Assembly (NCBI RefSeq): GCF_018350175.1
Contig: NC_058368.1
Location: 84,136,001 to 84,200,000, forward strand
Length of the DNA stretch: 64,000 nt
Direction of reading: 5' to 3'
Source of the DNA: Felis catus
Taxonomy: Eukaryota
Below are positions 25,741-38,838 of the stretch, piece after piece (positions within the stretch are counted from its first letter, which is position 1; the number at the start of each line of letters is the position of its first letter). The notes under the pieces were generated by a model, which worked only from the letters and a program-made list of their open reading frames with translations, had not been told where the DNA came from and searched no databases. The translations under genes and the position numbers were made by a program.

Positions 25741-26394
25741 GTGAGAGAAGGGGTGGGCCCTGGCCATTCCCCCATTGTTCCTGCCCAAATTACTACACCC
25801 TCCACCCCCCTCGCCTCCCCCCCCACCTCCCCCCCCCACCCCTCCCGTATTCCCAAATTCCGCCTTGCATTCCCGCATTGCTCCATTCTGAATTAGGTTC
25901 CATAGACCTTCAGTGACATTTTCTTTGCCAAGGCCTGCTCTGCATGGCATCCAAAGTGAACGAGCAGACGTGGTTCCTGCCCTCATAGCTCTTACAGTCT
26001 CCTGACTAGTACTGGGCACAGAGTCTTGATTTACTCAGTTGGGCAAACATCGAGCGCATCCTTGTCTCATGTATTCTTATGCGAGAACAGGGAAAATTAG
26101 TTCCCTATTCTTGGAGTTGTGAGCAATATGGGACATAGTGAAGTGTTGGCACTTAATTAGCTTTTGTTAAAGGATAGCTTTTTGTCTGTTTTTCTCCAGA
26201 CACCACCTCATATTGGGGGAAAGGAGAAGAGAAAATGTTCACCACTAAAATGCAAATCATGGGCCCTGTGGAATTGTCAGATACTGTATGAACAGATACT
26301 GTATGAACAGCCACTAAGTACCCTTGATTATTCACCACATGCAGGATGTTCTGTATCCTGCATCAATTAGTGGGCAGGAGTCATTCAGTTAGTG

Positions 26395-27075
26395 CCGTAA
26401 AATATTTTTAAGTTTATCAGTTATGGGATGTTCTCAGGAAAAAGCACAGTAAACAAGGATAGGGTTGTTATGCAGATTTAAGTCATCTTCTTATCCATTG
26501 ATAAGAATTTCTACAGATCTGGAGTCATCTCCTTTCTGGTAGGTGGGAGACACCCTTACAAGGGTGTCTTTTTTTTTCTTAATGTTTATTTATTTTTGAG
26601 AGAGAGAGAGAGACAGAGACAGCATGAGCGGGAGAGGGGCAGAAAGGGAGACATAGGATCTGAAGCAGGTTCTAGGCTCTGAACTGTCAGCACAGAGCCC
26701 GATGCAAAGCTTGAACCCATGATCCGTGGTATCATGACCGGAGCAGAAATCAGATGCTTAATGGACTGGGCCACCCAGTGACCCCTTACAAGGGTGTCTC
26801 ATAAAGAGATTTCCCTTATAAATACAATTTACGTATTTCCCATATAGATGTCTCTTACAGAAGAGTAACTTCTACTTGGTTTTCAGAGCTTCTCCTATGT
26901 TTGCAGTTTCTACAAAAATAACCTAAAATAGTCTTTATACAGAAGAGATTTTTTTTTTCAAGTAAACTCCACACCCAACATAAGGCTCAAACTCATGATC
27001 CCAAATCAAGAGTCACGTGCTCTACTGACTGAGCCAGCCAGTCATATTTTGGAGTGGCAAATTTTGCTTTCCTAC
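26395..27075. mobile_element. Probable ERV1-type solo LTR containing two Can-SINEs (~26568-26785, ~26950-27040)
   Basis: LTR-like text ending CCTACA; SINE TSD TTACAAGGGTGTCT. Confidence 0.55.
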
Positions 27076-27079
27076 AGTA

Positions 27080-27594
27080 ACTTACCTCACTTAGTGTAAT
27101 GGCCTCAAAGTCAATCCATGTTGTCACAAATGGAAAAATATCCTTGTGGTTATTGTTGTTCTTTTTTAGATGTCTAAATAATATTCCATTGTGTATGTAT
27201 ATACCACAATTTCTTTATCCACTCATGTATTGATGTACACTTAGGTTATTTCCGTGTCTTGGCTATTATAAAAATGCTGCTGTGAACATGGGGGTGCAGA
27301 TGTCTTTTCAAGTTGCTATTTAGGTTTCCTTTGTATTTTTTTATTGTTTTTAATGTTTGTTTATTTTTGAGAGACAGAGTGTGAGCAGGGGAGGGGCAGA
27401 TAAAGAGGGAGACACAGAATCCGAAACAGGCTCCAGGCTCAGCTGTCAGCACAGAGTCTGACGTGGGGCTCAAACCCACAAGCTGCAAGATCATGACCTG
27501 AGCTGAAATTGATGCTTGACTGACTGAGCCACTCAGGCGCCCCAGATTTCCTTTGTATATATTCCCAGAAGTGAAGTCACTGGATCATATGGTA
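27080..27594 (-). mobile_element. L1 3' fragment (continues at 36014-36300 beyond the provirus); Can-SINE at ~27335-27543
   Basis: Breaks off at GGATCATATGGTA and resumes at GCAGTTCTATTTTT (36014). Confidence 0.8.
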
Positions 27595-27792
27595 TTTTCA
27601 AATATATATATAAAAATATATATATATAAAAATATATATATATAAAGTACATTTGAAGATCTAATTGGCTTTATTAAATGTTTCATGAATTGGGCAGCAT
27701 TCATTCCAAGAAGCACTTGGGAGCTCCACTGAGCTGCAGAAAAGGAAAGGTTTTTAAAGGCAGTGAAAATGCATTTTAAAAAGGGAATTTAT

Positions 27793-28067
27793 GGGGCACT
27801 TGGTTGGCTCAGTTGGTTACGTGTCTGACTCTGACTCTTGGTTTCAGCTCAGGTCATATCTCATCTTCATGAGATCAAGCCCCATGTTGGGCTCTGCACT
27901 GACAACATGGAGCCTGTTTGGGATTCTCCCTCTCTCTCTCTTCCCCTACCCCACTCATGCAGGAGTGGTCTCTCTCTCTCTCTCTCTCAACAAATAAATA
28001 AATAAATAAATAAATAATAAACAGTAAATAATAACAAACAATAAATAAATAAATAAACTTTAAAAAA
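27793..28067 (+). mobile_element. Can-SINE inserted in the left LTR
   Basis: TSD AGGGAATTTAT; (TAAA)n tail. Confidence 0.9.
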
Positions 28068-28876
28068 TGAGGGAATTTATTAGCAAATAATGTATTGTTT
28101 AGGCAAGGTCATCTTCCTAAAGGGAAAAGAAAGACTGTTTCAGGGAATTGCCTCCTACAATTGAACAGGAAATTTTTTGGCTAGTTATAGGTTACATTTA
28201 TGAAGGGTTGAAACTGTATAGTTAGATTATGTATTAAATCTTGGTTTACTGATGTGGAGCCTTAAAGTAAGTTACTCCATTTGGGGCCTATGGGGTTTTT
28301 TCACAATTCTTCTTTTGATCCCATGCTTAGCTGAGAGATGTGACCAAAATTTAAGGCATTAATGCCACTCTCAGCTACCACTTTTTAGTTTTCACAGCTT
28401 AGGTTGATCCTTTTTGTGGTATTCACAGGTCATGACATTTTTGTTTAATTTCTTTGGTATGCACGGGTTACTTCATGCTCACAATTTTTAAGTCATCATC
28501 TTCTTTTTTGTTTTTTTTTTCTTTCCTGACAATTCAGTCCTAGGGAGTTCATTTGGTTGGTGCTTAGTGGCTACAAACATGCTTTGAAAGCTTTTGAGAG
28601 AATATAATGCACAAGGGAGATTTTTATGATTATGGTAAGCAAGATAATTCCCAATATTTAGAGTGCACTTTGGAGCCATGGTCTCGAAGGCTCAAATAAC
28701 CAAAATCAAATAAGATAAAGAAAGACTCTGTGGAATAATTCTCTTTTTTAAGTCAAGTTGCTTGTTCTGTGATCTTATGTAATTGAGTTTCAATTTCCCT
28801 AAAAGCATCAATCCAAGTACAACAAATTGTGTTGGCCACAGTATCGACACCTCCTTAGTTAAAAGACAACTAAGAG

Positions 28877-29318
28877 TGATGTGGTTTGAAGGAGTGGGGT
28901 TCAGAGCCAATGGCCAAGAAAGAATTCTTGAGATGTTTTTGGGGCAAAAAGGTATTTTTATTATAGCACAGGGACAGGAACTGTGGTCAGAAAGAGCTGC
29001 TCTGGGTTTGTGAAGAGTTACTGATTATATATTTTCTATCCTTTGGAGGGGAGGTGACATTAGCGCTCTAGAAAATTGAGTCTACAGGTTTCTGAAGATT
29101 GCTTTTTTCTTATAAATCATTAAGACAGTTGCAAGATGGAGACTCATGTCCTGCATGACTGTAATCTCTATCAGTTAGCCGTTTGTTTTTCACTTTCCTT
29201 TGTTCTTGGGCAGCCAAGGAGTACCTGAGGAATGTCACACATACCCCACCTGGAGGGGTGGTGGGTTCCTGGTATTAGCTTGTGCTTTGCCCTCAGCTTG
29301 CCTTTTGCTCCCTTATCA
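28877..29318 (-). mobile_element. Solo LTR nested in the provirus
   Basis: TGAT...ATCA inverted termini, AAGAG TSD on both sides, AATAAA on the minus strand (~28957). Confidence 0.85.
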
Positions 29319-30379
29319 AAGAGCTACTCTATTATCAAAAACAACTTTGGCCAGAGAATCTAAGGACCTTTGTTGACTAGCCATTGAGCAACAGATTCTG
29401 CAATGTTTTTAAGAATTGAGGAGAGGTGTTTTTTTTTTTTTTTTGTCTTTTTAAAAAAGTATTTTCTTATTTACATTTATTCTTAACCAGGAAAGTTTGG
29501 TCCTGCCAACGGAAGCAAATTGTGAGTCATAAGTGCCTCCTGGTAGTCTCTTCCAACTTGATGATGTAAATCCAGGGGAGCTGACCAATGAGATATCTTA
29601 TTTCACCTGTAAAAAGTTAGGAGCACAGTTAAATAACCTAAGAGGTATTGCCAGGCTCTGTGCCAGCTATCTAGGCATTTATAGACCAAAGAAGAATGAT
29701 GACCACTGCAAAAGACAAACCGGTTTAGGACATAAGCCACTTCCACTAGGTGACACTGTTAATGGACAGATAGGGTGTTTTGTTTTGTTTTGTTTTGTTT
29801 GTTTTGTTTTGCTTTCTAATGACAGATCCAGCAGTCTGAAAGGCAAAGGTTTTCCCCCTTTGAATGTCCTGGTAGATAATATATGACGACATTATCTTAC
29901 CAGTCCAGTGTCAGAGTAAAGCAAAGAAAGAGAGGAAGGGTTTTGTGTTATAGTATAAATTCTTGATCCAGCACCTTGGACAGAAGTAGTTTACCTCAGT
30001 ATTTATACCTAGCCAATTTGATTTGGAGGTCTTCAATGCCTGTATAAGACCAGACGTCATGTGGACCCTTTTTCATATGTGAGATTCATATCCAAGTTAA
30101 TAAATCCCTGAAATTTGGCTGCCATCTGGGTAGTGGATCTCCCTTCCAAGAGATTCAGGGGCTGTTTTTGTTTGTAGCAATTCCAAGTAAGAAGGGTAAG
30201 AGAGAATTGGAGACATTGGTTTGGAGAGTTATAGCCACATTTTTTAGAAAACTACAATTCAGGATCCATCCAATTTACAGGAATATAACAGAACTTCAAA
30301 AGACAGTTAACAGGATTAAAATCTGATATAAATAAAGAAGTAGACATAATTTCTTTTCTTTAAAATTATCCTCATTTTT

Positions 30380-30820
30380 GGGGCACCTGGATGGCTCAGT
30401 TGATTCAACATCTGACTCTTGATTTCAGCTGAGGTCATGATCCCAGGGTCTTGAGATCCAGCTCTATGTAGGGCTCTCCAGTGAGGGTGGAGCCTGCTTA
30501 ACGATTCACTGATTCTCTCTCTCTTTCTCTGCCCCCTCCCTTGCTCGTGTGCTATCTCTCTCTAAAATAAAAAATTAAATAATAGAATCACCCTAATGTT
30601 TAAAAAAATTTTTTTATGTTTTATTTATTTTTTAAAGCAAGAGAGACAGAGCATGAGTGGGGGAGGGACAGAGAGAGAGGAGGAGACAATAGAATCTGAA
30701 ACAGGCTCCAGGCTCTGAGCTGTCAGTACAGAGCCCAACGCAGGGCTCAAACTCACAGACTGTGAGATCTTGATGTGAGCTGAAGTCGGACACTCAACCC
30801 ACTGAGCCAACCAGGCGCCC
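30380..30820. mobile_element. Tail-to-tail pair of Can-SINEs (~30380-30585 +, ~30605-30820 -)
   Basis: Two SINE heads in opposite orientation. Confidence 0.88.
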
Positions 30821-31124
30821 CTATATACATCGCCTTTGAATATGATATTCCAAAGTTTTGTCCTGTTATGAAGAGAACAGATTCTCATTGAACTTACGTA
30901 AACAGCTAATTATCTTGCCATAAAAAGAATAGTCAAGTTTTTGAATTTTGGAGAAATCAAGAAGGGAGAGAAAAAAAGTAAATGTTTCATCTTTGTTCAC
31001 ACAGTATATCTTACCAAACTGTTGATAGCTTAAGAGAAGAGAGAAAAACATTTTCTAAAATCTGCAATAACAAAACATTAGAGAGTCATCAATTTTTAAA
31101 CAAGTCATAAAATAATAAGTCATT

Positions 31125-31337
31125 GGGGCGCCTGGGTGGTGCAGTCGGTTAAGCGTCCGACTTCAGCCAGGTCACGATCTCGCGGTCCGTGAGTTCGAGC
31201 CCCGCGTCAGGCTCTGGGCTGATGGCTCAGAGCCTGGAGCCTGTTTCCGATTCTGTGTCTCCCTCTCTCTCTGCCCCTCCCCCATTCATGCTCTGTCTCT
31301 CTCTGTCCCAAAAATAAATAAAATAAATAAATAAAAT
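31125..31337 (+). mobile_element. Very young SINEC_Fc-type SINE
   Basis: All CpGs intact; TSD AATAATAAGTCAT. Confidence 0.95.
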
Positions 31338-31635
31338 AAAATAATAAGTCATAAAATAAGATCATTATAATTATCTTCTTCAGTGTATTTAGTCCCCTGT
31401 TATTAATTTTTAATCTGTTTGAATCCAGTTTTTCCACTAGTTTTAGAAATTTTTACCCAGTTCAGTTTTATGAGCTGGAGTTATCAGAAATCTATGTTCT
31501 AGAGTATTTATCAGATTGTTTTTCATGAATTTCTCTGAAGATAAAATACGTTTGCAGAAAGCTTCTGTAAAAACTTCTGAGTGAAACAATAACTGAAAAT
31601 GATAAAAGACTTAAATATGACATAAAGGTCTGATT

Positions 31636-31784
31636 AGGGGCACCTGGGTGGCTCAGTCGGTTAAGCATCCGACTTCAGCGGAGGTCATGATCTCACAGAC
31701 AGATCTCATGTCGGTCTGTGTGCTTACAACTCAGAGCCTGAAGCCTGCTTCTGATTCTGAGTCTTCCTCTCTCTCTGCCCCTCC

Positions 31785-31824
<40 letters not shown>

Positions 31825-31853
31825 AATAAATAAACATTATTTTTTTTAAAAAA
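31636..31853 (+). mobile_element. Can-SINE with an expanded (CT)n tract
   Basis: SINE head and tail; AAAGGTCT TSD-like repeat. Confidence 0.9.
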
Positions 31854-34561
31854 GGTCTTATTAGAACTCATTACAATGCAGGTGACAATGGAATTTGGTT
31901 ATTTTTGTGATGTGTAAGGTAAGATAATAACTAGAGTAATGGCTGGTAATATTATATCAGGACATATCACAGTTTTAGATGCTTTACAAAATTTGTAGAA
32001 TACTTATTAATAGTATTTACCTATACAATGTAAGATTTAGTATCACCTATTTGATAATGCTTCCCATATAATTTAACATAACAAATAAACCTAATTAGGT
32101 TAGCATCTTCCTTTTTATAATGAGAAAGAACAATCCTTTGAAATGTTCAGTGACCCTTTGGAAATTTCAAAATTAATTTGTGGCCAAAAGACTTCATTTT
32201 AAAATTCGATTTGGGGAAGTTTGTAAAAAAAAAAATATCAAAAGGTTTTGAACACTTGACTAGTAGGGTAATAGGTGGCTGTGAAACAATAGTTGGTTGT
32301 CTGTTTAACCAAAGTGACAAAGACTTCAGAGGCAAATATAGAATGTTATATAATTGTGAGTAAAATTTCACTTTTTTAATATTAAAAAGACTTAGTTTTC
32401 TTAAAGAACTGATGATAAAGGTATCATGAAGCACAGAATATTATTTTGATAAAATACAAAATGCTTGTTTTCCAGAGAGATAACTTTGAAAGGGAAAAAA
32501 CAAATTAAAAAGTTTGTGATCTTTTATCAAGAGCAAACCAATAGTTTAAAAAACTGTCCTTTTAGAAAGAGAAAACTACATTTTAACTTTGCACCAGTGT
32601 ACTTTTGATATTGAAATTCATTCTTCAATAAATTCATTTTATTCTTAGCCAGCTGAACCACATATCAAAATTCCTTTTTAAAGAATCCTTTTCCACAAAT
32701 TTCCTAAGGTGTTTTTTTTTTTTTAAATTCACATTTTGTCTGAAGTTTTTCCTTCTTTAAATAACCAGCTTTATTTTAGGACAAAATTATTTTTTCATCA
32801 CCACCCACAAAATGCATTTCCATTTCTCATACCTTCTTTTACTGAAAGCATCTCCTCCTTTACTTGCATATGGAAATGTTTTCCTTACTATTTTTAGTAG
32901 TTTTAATTAGAATTCTTAACTCTTAAAAACTTTAATTTCTATCAAAAACTAAGTAGTAAGAAATTGTGACCTGTTACACCACAAATCTTTAATTGGCATA
33001 TTTATGAATACATGTCATAATTTCTGAAAATGTGCTTTCTTATAGTACAGTTTTTCAATAAAGCACAAAAAAATGTCTGCTAAGAGATCTAAATTTATCC
33101 TTAATTTCTGTGTGAATAAACCTGTGTTTAGTAATTAATACTTCATTATCTTATTTGGAAATGATGTAGATTTTCAGTAAATTTAACTAAACTCATCACT
33201 TAACTCAGTAAAACTTTAAAATTTCAAGTTGCCAAAAAGATTTAGGAAGCTGTTTTTAAGTAAGTTTTATTATACCAAGTTTTTATTGACAAATTTTATA
33301 ACAGAGATAACATGAGCTTACTTTAGTAAACCTGGGTAGAATAAGTATTTTATATTTAATGTTGATGACTCTAAAGACAATCCAGTTTTAAGTAAACTGA
33401 TAAACTAGCTTTATTACCAAATATTGTCCCATATGACATAAACCTGAAATTCACTTTGGTCTTTTTATTCCATTTTTGAGAATTAAAAAAAAAAAAGTTT
33501 TATTTATTTAAGTAATTTGTACATCGAACATGGATCTCGAACTCACGACCCCAAGATTAACAATTGCATGCTCTTCCCACTGAACCAGCCAGGTGCTCCT
33601 ATTTTTGAGAATTTTTATGAATACTAAAATTATGTAAGTGCTTAGTTTTCTTTAAGCTGGTTAAGTAGAATTCTTTCACCAAGTAATTTTAGCAATACCT
33701 TAGAGGTAGAAAATGCCATATATTCAAAATAAACACAATGTACAAACAGATACAGAGACCTTATAGTTAGTAATACTTGTGGAGAAGGTTTTTGAGATTT
33801 GTATTTGTCCCTGGAGGAAATATTGAGGCTGAGGTCTAGAGTTTGGGTGAGTCTCTTTAGCAGTTTATAGTTTTAAAATGACTCTTTTCTTTCTTTCTTT
33901 TTCTTTTCTTTAGTCTTAGGTGGCCTGTGTTTATATTTTACAGACATGATAAGATTTATCAAGGGACAAAGAATACAAGTTCCTCCATGAAGGACTTTGG
34001 TTTTCTAAGGCCAATAATTTAAAAACCTTTTGAGATAAACAGAGGAGATTCGGGGTTTGGTAAAGGAATAGGTGGACTTTGAATTGCTTCTAGAGTTGCA
34101 CTTCTAGTTTTGGAAAGGTTTGTAGGATAAGGACAGTTGCTTTTAATTACTCAAAAATTGAGTTCTAGCCTGGATGTGATGTTAAAGGACTAACATACAT
34201 CCACCTATGTTGAATTTTTTTCTTTTAGTTTTCCCTTGACTGTTTAAAGGAATGATGTAGAAGTTTATCGGAAAATCCTTCAGTGTCATATCAACTCTAG
34301 CAGGGACTTATAAAGTGCCCTCCTTGAAGGGTAGATAGGGGGTGTCTGGTGGGCTCTTGTTTTTGGTCATGCAAAGACAATTCAGAAGATGACTAGAATG
34401 AGGATTGAAATAAAGCAGGGATAGAGGGAAGCAGTAAGAATTATAACAATCTTACAGTCTTTTTTATTAGGTACCTCATATATCTTTTAATTTTATTATC
34501 TTTTTTTTTTTTTTGTCTTGAAACTTTCAATGAATCTATTTTTGGAATTTTGAAGCCTTTG

Positions 34562-34799
34562 CTTTTTTTTTAATTTTTAAAATGTTTTTTTATTTATTTT
34601 TGAGAGAAAGAAAGAGACAGAGACAGAGTGTGAGCAGGGGAGGGGCAGAGAGAGAGGGAGGCACAGAATCCAAAACAGGCTCCAGGCTCTGAGCTGTCAG
34701 CACAGAGCCCACCCAACACGGGGCTCGAACTCAGGAACCAGGAGATCATGACCTGAGCTGAGGTCAGATGCTTAACCAGCTGAGCCACCCAGGCGCCCC
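34562..34799 (-). mobile_element. Can-SINE
   Basis: Standard structure in antisense orientation. Confidence 0.9.
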
Positions 34800-35585
34800 A
34801 ACCTGATGGTTTTTGCTTTTGACAATTTTTGCTTTGCTTTTATACCCCAACCTGACAGTTACCAAGTCAAGTTCTTCAGAACACAAAAGAAGCTTATAGA
34901 TTGTCATAGCTTCCAGGATCATAGTTCTTGGATACAAAATAAGCAGGTGTGTGAGAAGATGGAAGACTTAACTCTGGATTTTAAGGATCCCATTCTCTTA
35001 TTATTTATTTGTTATTTTTCTTTTAGCCAAGCCTTTACCTCATGTGCACATTAACAGAAACCAGTAGTACTGAGGAAACAGAAGTGTGGATACTGGTGGT
35101 AACTAAAGAACTAGAGACTGGGGAAAGGGTCAAATCAGCATATCTCAAAGAATGGGAACTGTGGACTGTTTCCAAACAAGCAAAACACTGCAGCAGCTCC
35201 CTTGCTTTAGGAGTTAATGGCAAATTGGCCAATAGAAGAACCTGAATGTACCACCAGCAATTCTCAGTGTGAACTAAATCAGCAGACTTTAGTAAATGGG
35301 GACTAAAGACTGGAACTGGAGAAGGATTTAAATCAGCAAACCCCAGTAAATAACTGAATCAAGGGCTAAAGACTGGCTCTCTGTTAGTGCCTCTTAGCAA
35401 TCTGAACCCTGGACTGGAAAACCAATTAGATCAGTAGCTTGATGCAAAGAAGGCAGAGGTCAAACAGAGGGGATTACCAATGGCCCTCAGAAACTGTGAT
35501 AAAGACAGTAACCAACCGAAAAAGAGTTTACAGGGTGCCATGCCTGTTTGTCATGTTCCCTGAGTGCTTTCAGAAGTTTGCTTTG

Positions 35586-35603
35586 ATCCCAACACTGCCA
35601 CTA
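35586..35603 (-). other. Primer-binding site complementary to the tRNA-Leu 3' end
   Basis: Minus strand TAGTGGCAGTGTTGGGAT versus TGGTGGCAGCGGTGGGAT (15/18 match), 4 nt inside the LTR. Confidence 0.7.
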
Positions 35604-36385
35604 ACTCTGTTAAGCACGTACACAAATTCAGCTGAGTAAATTTGAAGATCTAATTGACTTCTCTAAACAATTTATAAATCAGGCAGCATCCCATCTAATA
35701 AGTAGAGGGGAGCTCTGCTGAGCTGCAGAAAAGGAAAGGATATGATTTTAAAGTCAGAGAGAGGGCATTACAAAAGGGATTATAATATTAGCAAGAGATG
35801 TATTGTTTACACAAATTCATCCTCCTAAAAGGAAAGGAGTCTCTAAGGGGGTGGCCTCCTAGTGCTGACCAGAAAATTCCAGTTTGACTAGTTAAAGGTT
35901 ACATTCCTGAGGTGGTTGAAACTACAGTTAGGTTAGGTATAAAATCTTGGTTTATTGATGTGGAGCCTTCATGTGAGTGACTCCATCTGGAATCTGTGGT
36001 TTTCCTTTTAACAGCAGTTCTATTTTTATTTTTTTGAGGATTCTTTATACTGTATTACATAGTGGCTGTGTCAGTTTACAATCCCAACAAAAGTATACAG
36101 TGGTTTCCATTTCTCCACATCCTCATCATCATTTGTTATTTCTTGTCTTTTTGATGGAATTTGAGGAGGTATTTCATTGTGGTTTTGATTTGCATTTTCC
36201 TAATAATTAGTGATACTGGACATTTTTCATAAACCTTTTGGCCATTCTTATATCTTCTTTGGAAAAATGTCTATTTAGGTTTTCTGCTTGTTTTTTGATT
36301 CAATTTTTGCAGGTCTTCCTCTCTCGCTCACACAAGGGCAAAAGCAAATTTTAGAACACATTTTTCCTGTCCTTTCCTTTTGTTT

Positions 36386-36420
<35 letters not shown>

Positions 36421-37119
36421 TTGTTTATTTGTTTTTAGTTGTATACATTTTTTAAATGTATACAATGTATATATTAAAGTAAAAAATATATGCTGATTCT
36501 TAAGTACTAAATATACAAATGTGTACCCAAAGTAAATAATATATGCCCATGGTATAAAATGCAAAAGATAAGTAGTAGAGAGTATATCATGCTCTCCTCT
36601 TTAGCCCCCAGCTTTTTGGAGGCAACCACAGTTACCTCTTTCTTGAGTTCCTTTCCAGAGATCATCTATGATCTTTACAAACATGTCCAAATGTATCTTT
36701 GTCTTTCCATGGCAGCATTTCATGCCTGATGTTCTAGCTCTTGCTTTTTTTTCTCCTTAAACATACATTTTGAAGAGTTTTCCATGCATGTAGAATAACA
36801 CATTCTAAATATATCTGTTTCATGGATATGCTAAAGTCCATCTAGCCATGAGCATTTCAGTCAATTCTAACCATTTATTATCCCAGAGAACACTGCAGTG
36901 AATGACCTACTGTACATACAATTACATATGTAGGAAAATACCTAGGAATTGCTAGATCAAAGAGTATGTCCAATCTAGACTTTTTATTCTATATTATCAA
37001 ATTGCTATCTAGAGAAGTTGTACTAATTTATCCACCAGAAATTATGGAAAATGCCTGTTTCCCATATTCTCACCAACACATTTAGTTTTAGTTTGTATTC
37101 CTCTTACCACAAATACTCT

Positions 37120-37300
37120 AGAGCAATGTTATCCAATAGAATGTTCTGCAATGAATGAAATGTCAGTATTCGTACTGTCCAGGACAGTGGCCACTAACCC
37201 TGTGGGGCAATTGGGCATTTGAAATAAGACTGATACAACTGAGGAACTGAACTTTTAAAACAAATTTTAATTACATTAAATAGACAAATTGGACAGAATA
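37120..37300. mobile_element. MER3-like hAT-Charlie MITE
   Basis: TCCAATAGAA..TTCTGCAATGA...GCCACTA...CAACTGAGGAACTGAA motif. Confidence 0.75.
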
Positions 37301-38800
37301 GCTTTAAGCAGAATGGGGTGTGAAAGAGTTTGGAAGGAGAGAAAAGGAAATATGAGACACATTGCTAAGAAATTATGAATTGGGAAGTCTTTTTAATGTT
37401 ATTGATTGGAATTTGTTTTTTATGTTTTTTTTTTTATTACTTTTGACTCTGTACTGTGCTTCATCAAACAAGACTCTTTAGAAAAGAGCAGGCCAGGTTA
37501 ACACTGGATCTCTAAGGTATTTAGTCTGTGGAGAGCTCCAGCCATCTCTGGATTCTGCTTCTTTTTGTCATCATGACAGCACATGGCTTCCAGCCCCCAG
37601 AAACCAACCTTCCCAACTCCTGCTCCTGCCCAGGGTTGAGGGCCTGCTGCCCTCACATTTGCAGGGTAATATGGCTCAATATTAAAAAGCTAAAATAATG
37701 GTTAAAATAACTTCTATTCCCTTACCTGGACCTAAAAGGCCTGGACTATTCATACTCCTCCAAGTTCCTTGCCAGAGATTTTCAACACTGAGACATCTTC
37801 ACTCTGCTTCTCAGCCCACCTCCTTTCCCCACCTCACTTTTCCTTCACTTTGAAGGGCATCACGATCACGTGCATGGACACAGCAGTCCTCAAGCCCAAG
37901 CTCCTCTCTCCTGTCACTGCTTGATCTGTTTGAGCAAGAAATTCTAGGTTTCTTGGTACCAGGCACGGTTGAGGGAGAGTGTGCAAGCTCTGAGTCGGTT
38001 TGTTACCTTGGTATCACACATCACACGCTGCTCACCTTGTGGGAATTGGCAGAGCCAAAGGAGAGCTAGGAGAAGTCCTGCTGGAAGGAGGAGGTAAATT
38101 CTGCAGATAAATAGTGTGACTTTTACTTCCTGTTTTCCTTTTGCCCTACCTTTTCTCAGGTTTCTGCCTCTTCACCTGTATTTCCCTCCACTCTCTGCTC
38201 TGCTCCAGGACTTTTTTTTTTTTTTTTTTTTTTCTGCAGCAACAAAGTCCAGTCTTTGTCCTCAACAGCGGATAGTATTAAGGACACTGAGATGGAGGCA
38301 AAGTGTCAGTGGACATTGTTATGGAGCCCCAAAGACAGAGAATACAAGGAGAACTAAGGCTCCTTCTTGTCAGCTGGGGCCTCTTCTTTAAACCTCTTGT
38401 ACATGCTACATCCTGTGCTCTTTATTTATAAGACTTCATTTATATTCTGCATAAGCACATGGAAGTAAATCTGTTTTAGGCTTCCATTAAAAAAGTTACC
38501 CCTTCAATGCAGCCGTTCCTGTGAATTGCAACCATACCCTACATTTTCTATCCTTTCTGTTTCTCTTTCTAATATTTTTCATTGTCTTACATACTGTGTA
38601 TTTTTCTTCCTTCTTTCTTTGTGTCTACCTCTGCCATCAGAAAGTAAGCTCTATGAGGGCAGGAATTTTTGTGGTAACTCTTCTGTTGAGTGTCATATGT
38701 GGAATACTACAGTGGAGTATAAGGGAAGGTGAAGGGGACAGACCTAAGTCTGCTTTGTGAGCATGGGTACATTTGCTTGCCAGTGGCAAATAGCCAGCAA

Positions 38801-38838
38801 GTGTTTGTGTGTGTATGTGTGTGTGTGTGTGTGTTTTT
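38801..38838 (+). repeat. (TG)n-T5 tract at the splice acceptor
   Basis: (TG)4 TA (TG)9 T5 AACAG, read directly. Confidence 0.9.

Larger units (their letters stand above)
27595..36013 (-). mobile_element. Degenerate endogenous retrovirus: LTRs ~27595-28305 and 35608-36013, AT-rich internal region without intact ORFs
   Basis: Direct repeats share TTTGAAGATCTAATTG, CTGAGCTGCAGAAAAGGAAAGG and AATCTTGGTTTA.TGATGTGGAGCCTT. TG...CA ends on the right LTR, PBS at 35586-35603, purine tract next to the other LTR. Confidence 0.85.

Noticed and set aside
25534..26019. 161-aa minus-strand ORF with poly-Gly
   Set aside because: Antisense to the GC-rich first exon; the Gly run is only the C-rich tract.
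26278..26310. 15-bp direct repeat CAGATACTGTATGAA x2
   Set aside because: Simple local duplication with no spacers; not CRISPR-like and no evidence of function.
31125..31210. tRNA-like A/B boxes
   Set aside because: These are the tRNA-derived heads of Can-SINEs, not tRNA genes.
37962..38069. Stretch translating GTVEGECASSESVCYLGITHH... as a missing first LU-domain exon
   Set aside because: Only two Cys, an in-frame TAG and no CC..CN end. Exon 1 already splices in frame to 38844 and gives a sensible protein.
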